Shown piece by piece: positions 59,965-64,000 of a stretch of DNA of 64,000 nt. The notes under the pieces are model-generated. The model saw nothing but the letters and a program-made list of their open reading frames with translations. It had not been told where the DNA came from and searched no databases. This DNA comes from an uncultured archaeon (GTDB lineage Archaea > Altiarchaeota > Altiarchaeia > JAFGQM01). The position numbers were made by a program, and so were the translations under genes. The stretch's first letter is position 1, and the number at the start of each line of letters is the position of its first letter. The stretch covers positions 1-64,000 of the forward strand of contig CAZQBY010000005.1 of the NCBI GenBank assembly GCA_964592405.1, in the 5' to 3' direction.

Positions 59965-61062
59965 ATGGTAAGGGGCGCGCTTATACTACAGGATGGCACA
60001 GTTGTTGAGGGGGAAGGTTTTGGAGCCATCAAGGATGCCGAGGGAGAGGTAGTTTTTAATACCTCAATGGCTGGCTATCAGGAATGTCTGACAGACCCTT
60101 CGTATAAATATCAGATACTCATGCCCACATACCCACTCATAGGCAACTATGGCATAACCCCGGAACGCTTTGAGTCAGACAGGATTCAGGTTGAGGGGTT
60201 CATTGTCAGGCAACTCTGTGAGAAGCCCAGTCATGGCCGCATGCTCAAGAAGCTGGATGAGTGGCTGGAGGAGGAGGACATACCGGGCCTGCAGGGAGTT
60301 GATACCCGTTTTCTGACGCGGAAAATAAGGAATATGGGAGTAATGAATGGTATTCTGAAACTTCCTTATGAGCCCAGGGAGCTCGATGGTCTGAAAGAGC
60401 GCGCACAGAAGTTGAAATCGATCTCGGAGCTGGATCTGGTGGACCTAGTCACAGTAAAAAAGCCTATGCTACATGAGCCAAAGAGCGGTGAGATTAGGAA
60501 GACTGTGGTCCTCATAGACTGTGGAACCAAGATGTCCATAGTCCGGAATCTGGTGGACAGAGGGTGCAGGGTTATACGTGTGCCGGCAGGGACAGCTGCA
60601 AAAAATCTTTTGGACTACAATCCGGATGGCGTGATGATATCAAACGGCCCAGGCGACCCGGAGCGCGCGGATTACGTAACCAAAAATATCAAAAAACTTA
60701 TTGATGAACAGTTGCCCATATTTGGTATATGCTTTGGCAACCAGCTTGTTGGGCGTGCACTGGGAGGAAAGACATACAAACTGAAGTTCGGCCACCGTGG
60801 TGCCAACCAACCGGTGAAGGATCTGCAAACCAACAAGGTCTATGTCACATCCCAGAACCATGGCTTTGCATTGGATGCGGATAGCCTTCCCAAGGACGAG
60901 GTAAAGGTTACTCACATCAACCTGAATGACAACAGCGTAGAGGGCATAGCCCACAAATCACTGCCTGTATACACTATCCAGTATCATCCAGAGGCACATG
61001 CCGGTCCATGGGACAGCGAATATCTTTTTGACGATTTTATAGCCATGATGCAGTCTCACTGA
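59965..61062 (+). CDS. carA: Carbamoyl-phosphate synthase small subunit
   Basis: GEVVFNTSM.GY, SNGPGDP, GICFG, FGHRGANQPV, QYHPE. Confidence 0.96.
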   Translation: MVRGALILQDGTVVEGEGFGAIKDAEGEVVFNTSMAGYQECLTDPSYKYQILMPTYPLIGNYGITPERFESDRIQVEGFIVRQLCEKPSHGRMLKKLDEWLEEEDIPGLQGVDTRFLTRKIRNMGVMNGILKLPYEPRELDGLKERAQKLKSISELDLVDLVTVKKPMLHEPKSGEIRKTVVLIDCGTKMSIVRNLVDRGCRVIRVPAGTAAKNLLDYNPDGVMISNGPGDPERADYVTKNIKKLIDEQLPIFGICFGNQLVGRALGGKTYKLKFGHRGANQPVKDLQTNKVYVTSQNHGFALDADSLPKDEVKVTHINLNDNSVEGIAHKSLPVYTIQYHPEAHAGPWDSEYLFDDFIAMMQSH

Positions 61063-61113
61063 TGGGAATTGCTAGAACCGCTGATAAGGACAGAAATATG
61101 GAAAAAGTGGGAA

Positions 61114-64000
61114 ATGAAGCGTGAAGACATAGGAAAGGTCCTGATAATAGGAAGCGGCCCGATACAGATAGGTCAGGCTGCCGAGTTCGATTACAGTGGC
61201 AGCCAGGCATGTCTTAGTCTGAGAGAGGAGGGTATCCGGACAGTCTTGGTAAACAACAATCCTGCCACCATACAGACTGATACTGATATTGCCGATGTGG
61301 TCTATCTGGAGCCGTTGATGCCAGAGAGTCTGGAAAAAATAATAAAAACAGAGCAACCTGACGGCATACTGCCAACTATGGGTGGACAGACCGGGCTGAA
61401 CTTGGCAGTTGAGCTAGACCGCCTTGGTATCCTGGACAGATATGGTGTTGAGGTTCTTGGAACCCCAATTGACACAATCAAGAAGGCCGAAGGACGAAAA
61501 GAATTTGCAGAGCTGATGAACAAAATTGGTGAGCCCATATGCAAGAGCAAATCCGTTTTTAGTCTGCACGAGGCACAGGAGGCAATATTTGACATAGGTT
61601 ATCCTGCAATAATAAGACCAGGATACACCCTTGGGGGAACTGGTGGGGGGGTGGTGTTTGATGAAAAGGACCTCCCTAGAATAGTCCAGCGCGCACTCAG
61701 CAGAAGCAAGAACGGCGAAGCACTGGTAGAGGAATATGTCGGAGGGTGGAAGGAGATAGAATATGAAGTCATGCGCGATTCAAATGACAACTGCATAACT
61801 GTCTGCAACATGGAGAATGTTGACCCAATGGGAATACACACGGGTGAGAGCATAGTCGTTGCTCCGACCCAGACGCTTAACGATATGGAATATCAGCTGC
61901 TCCGAACAGCATCGCTCAATATTATACGCGCGCTTGGTGTGGAGGGTGGATGTAATGTCCAACTGGCCCTGCACCCGAAGACCATGGACTATCGGGTAAT
62001 TGAGGTCAATCCAAGGGTTTCAAGGTCATCTGCCCTGGCCTCCAAGGCCACGGGCTATCCAATCGCACGTGTGGCGGCAAAGATAGCCGTTGGCATGACA
62101 TTGGATGAAATACCCAACGAAGTTACAAAAACTACCCCGGCTTCTTTTGAGCCAGCCTTGGACTATATAGTATGCAAGATACCACGCTGGCCATTTGACA
62201 AATTCAGGGGAATGTCACGCAGAATAGGGACTGAGATGAAGAGTACAGGAGAGGTAATGAGTATCGGCAGGACATTTGAAGAAGCCCTTCAGAAAGCCAT
62301 ACGCTCTCTGGACCAGAGAAGAATGGGCATATGTGCAGATGGGCGCCGGGAGGAAAAAAACGACGACATTATAAAAGAGCAACTGGAAAACCCAACCGAT
62401 ACACGCATATTCTATCTCTATGATGCGCTTAAGAAGGGCTGGAGTATAAATGAGCTTTATAAATACACCAAGATAGACCGATTCTTCTTGGAGAAACTCG
62501 GGAATATAGTCAGGATGGAGGAGCAGCTTAAGAGGGCAGGAAACAGGCTGACTCCAAAGCTGTTGCGGAAGGCCAAGAGGCTTGGCTTCTCCGATTTCCA
62601 GATAGCAAATTTGTCCGGAAGGTCTGAGAGGGATATCAGGGAGCTAAGGAAGGGACACAAAATCGAAACGACGTTCAAAATGGTTGACACCTGCGCGGCT
62701 GAGTTTGAGGCAAAAACACCATATTATTACTCAAGTTATGAGACTGAGAATGAGACCAAGACATCACACCGAAAGAAGGTTATTATCCTTGGAGGGGGTC
62801 CGATACGTATAGGGCAGGGCGTTGAATTCGATTACTGCACTGTTCATGCAGTTCTGGCCCTGAGGGAGATGGGATATGAAGCCATCATAATCAACAATAA
62901 TCCGGAGACTGTATCAACGGATTTTGACACCTCAGATAAGCTGTATTTTGAGCCCCTAACCGTGGAGGATGTCCTGAATGTAGTTGACCGGGAGAAGGAA
63001 AACCTAGTCGGCATTATGGTGCAGTTTGGTGGTCAGACTGCAATAAATATCTCCGAAGGGCTGGCGGATTCCGGAGTGAGGATACTTGGGACACCGGCCG
63101 AGGCAATAAATCTGGCAGAGGACCGGAAGAGCTTTGGGAGAATGCTAAAAAAACTGGGAATTCCCTCTCCGGAGTGGGGTACTGCAATGTCATTTGACGA
63201 GGCTCTGGAAACTGCACACAAAATCGGATATCCTGTCTTGGTAAGGCCCTCCTATGTTCTTGGTGGCAGGGCAATGGAGATAGTGTTCAATGATGAGGAT
63301 CTGGAGTCTTATATGAGGGAGGCAACCAGAGTCTCACCAAAACATCCCATACTAATAGATAAATTCTTGGATGGAGCAACGGAGATAGATGTGGACGCTG
63401 TCTGTGATGGAAAGGATGTTTATGTAGGTGGTATAATGGAGCATATAGAAGAAGCAGGCATACACTCCGGAGACTCCTGCTGTGTTGTCCCGCCGCAAAT
63501 ACTTGATGAGGAGACAATCAGCACGATAACTGAATACACCAAGAAACTGGCTTTGGGCCTTAAGACCCTCGGGCTGATAAACATACAGTATGCAGTAAAG
63601 GATAAGAGGGTCTATGTTCTGGAGGCAAACCCGCGTTCATCAAGGACCATACCCTTCATTTCCAAAGCCACGGGTGTCCCACTTGCCAAGATTGCAGTCA
63701 GGGTGATAATGGGCGAGAGACTGAGGGACATCCTGGACAGCTTTGATTATACAAGGAAGATTAACCACGTGGCTGTCAAGGAGGTTGTACTTCCATTTGA
63801 CAAGTTGAGAATAGACCCGATATTAACTCCCGAAATGCGCAGTACTGGGGAATCCATGGGAATAGACCACAACTTTGGTAATGCATACTACAAAGCGCAA
63901 TACGGGGCAGGGATACGCCTGCCGGATAGGGGCAACGTCTTCTTCTCAATAGGCGATGACAGGGAAAAAAAGGAGGCTGCCAAACTGGCAAAGCAGCTGG
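61114..64000 (+). CDS. carB: Carbamoyl-phosphate synthase large subunit (3'-truncated; absent from the ORF track because no stop in the window)
   Basis: MKREDIGKVLIIGSGPIQIGQAAEFDYSG; frame spot-checked at 62761 (KKVIILGGGPIRIGQG) and 63781 (EVVLPFDKL..PEMRSTGE). Confidence 0.96.
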   Translation, partial: MKREDIGKVLIIGSGPIQIGQAAEFDYSGSQACLSLREEGIRTVLVNNNPATIQTDTDIADVVYLEPLMPESLEKIIKTEQPDGILPTMGGQTGLNLAVELDRLGILDRYGVEVLGTPIDTIKKAEGRKEFAELMNKIGEPICKSKSVFSLHEAQEAIFDIGYPAIIRPGYTLGGTGGGVVFDEKDLPRIVQRALSRSKNGEALVEEYVGGWKEIEYEVMRDSNDNCITVCNMENVDPMGIHTGESIVVAPTQTLNDMEYQLLRTASLNIIRALGVEGGCNVQLALHPKTMDYRVIEVNPRVSRSSALASKATGYPIARVAAKIAVGMTLDEIPNEVTKTTPASFEPALDYIVCKIPRWPFDKFRGMSRRIGTEMKSTGEVMSIGRTFEEALQKAIRSLDQRRMGICADGRREEKNDDIIKEQLENPTDTRIFYLYDALKKGWSINELYKYTKIDRFFLEKLGNIVRMEEQLKRAGNRLTPKLLRKAKRLGFSDFQIANLSGRSERDIRELRKGHKIETTFKMVDTCAAEFEAKTPYYYSSYETENETKTSHRKKVIILGGGPIRIGQGVEFDYCTVHAVLALREMGYEAIIINNNPETVSTDFDTSDKLYFEPLTVEDVLNVVDREKENLVGIMVQFGGQTAINISEGLADSGVRILGTPAEAINLAEDRKSFGRMLKKLGIPSPEWGTAMSFDEALETAHKIGYPVLVRPSYVLGGRAMEIVFNDEDLESYMREATRVSPKHPILIDKFLDGATEIDVDAVCDGKDVYVGGIMEHIEEAGIHSGDSCCVVPPQILDEETISTITEYTKKLALGLKTLGLINIQYAVKDKRVYVLEANPRSSRTIPFISKATGVPLAKIAVRVIMGERLRDILDSFDYTRKINHVAVKEVVLPFDKLRIDPILTPEMRSTGESMGIDHNFGNAYYKAQYGAGIRLPDRGNVFFSIGDDREKKEAAKLAKQL

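Noticed and set aside
61072-63991. Short minus-strand ORFs at the window end
   Set aside because: Antisense to the continuous carB frame

Overview
Archaeal chromosomal segment, made up of core genes plus a surface-glycosylation cluster. The marker set (AglB, RpoE'/Spt4, eS24/eS31, ABCE1, Cdc6, SepF, SRP54, PolB, GGGP synthase, Taw1, SepRS, bacterial-type gyrase) suggests an uncultured DPANN-affiliated or euryarchaeal-like lineage; the taxonomy is inference only. Layout: N-glycosylation cluster (1-16.2 kb); translation/transcription operon; hppA; hsp20-cdc48; sepS; sepF/cdc6 with a candidate replication origin; srp54; gyrBA; an RNA island (tRNA-Ile, -Thr, -iMet, SRP RNA, intron-containing tRNA-Ser); tRNA/rRNA modification genes; polB; pyrC-carA-carB (carB runs off the end). 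Most notable: (1) six short hairpins, each closed by a copy of the tRNA-Ser acceptor stem and separated by 22-26 nt spacers, surround tRNA-Ser(GGA) (41682-42213); (2) an AglB oligosaccharyltransferase fused to FKBP and thioredoxin-like CxxC domains; (3) an SRP RNA that seems to lack helix 6 and has a UGAC helix-8 loop, with an SRP54 carrying DSEGR instead of DTAGR; (4) an unannotated box C/D sRNA predicted to guide both 23S Um2552 and tRNA-Met Cm34; (5) strong GCGCGC over-representation. All calls come from manual motif reading; no database searches or folding programs were run.
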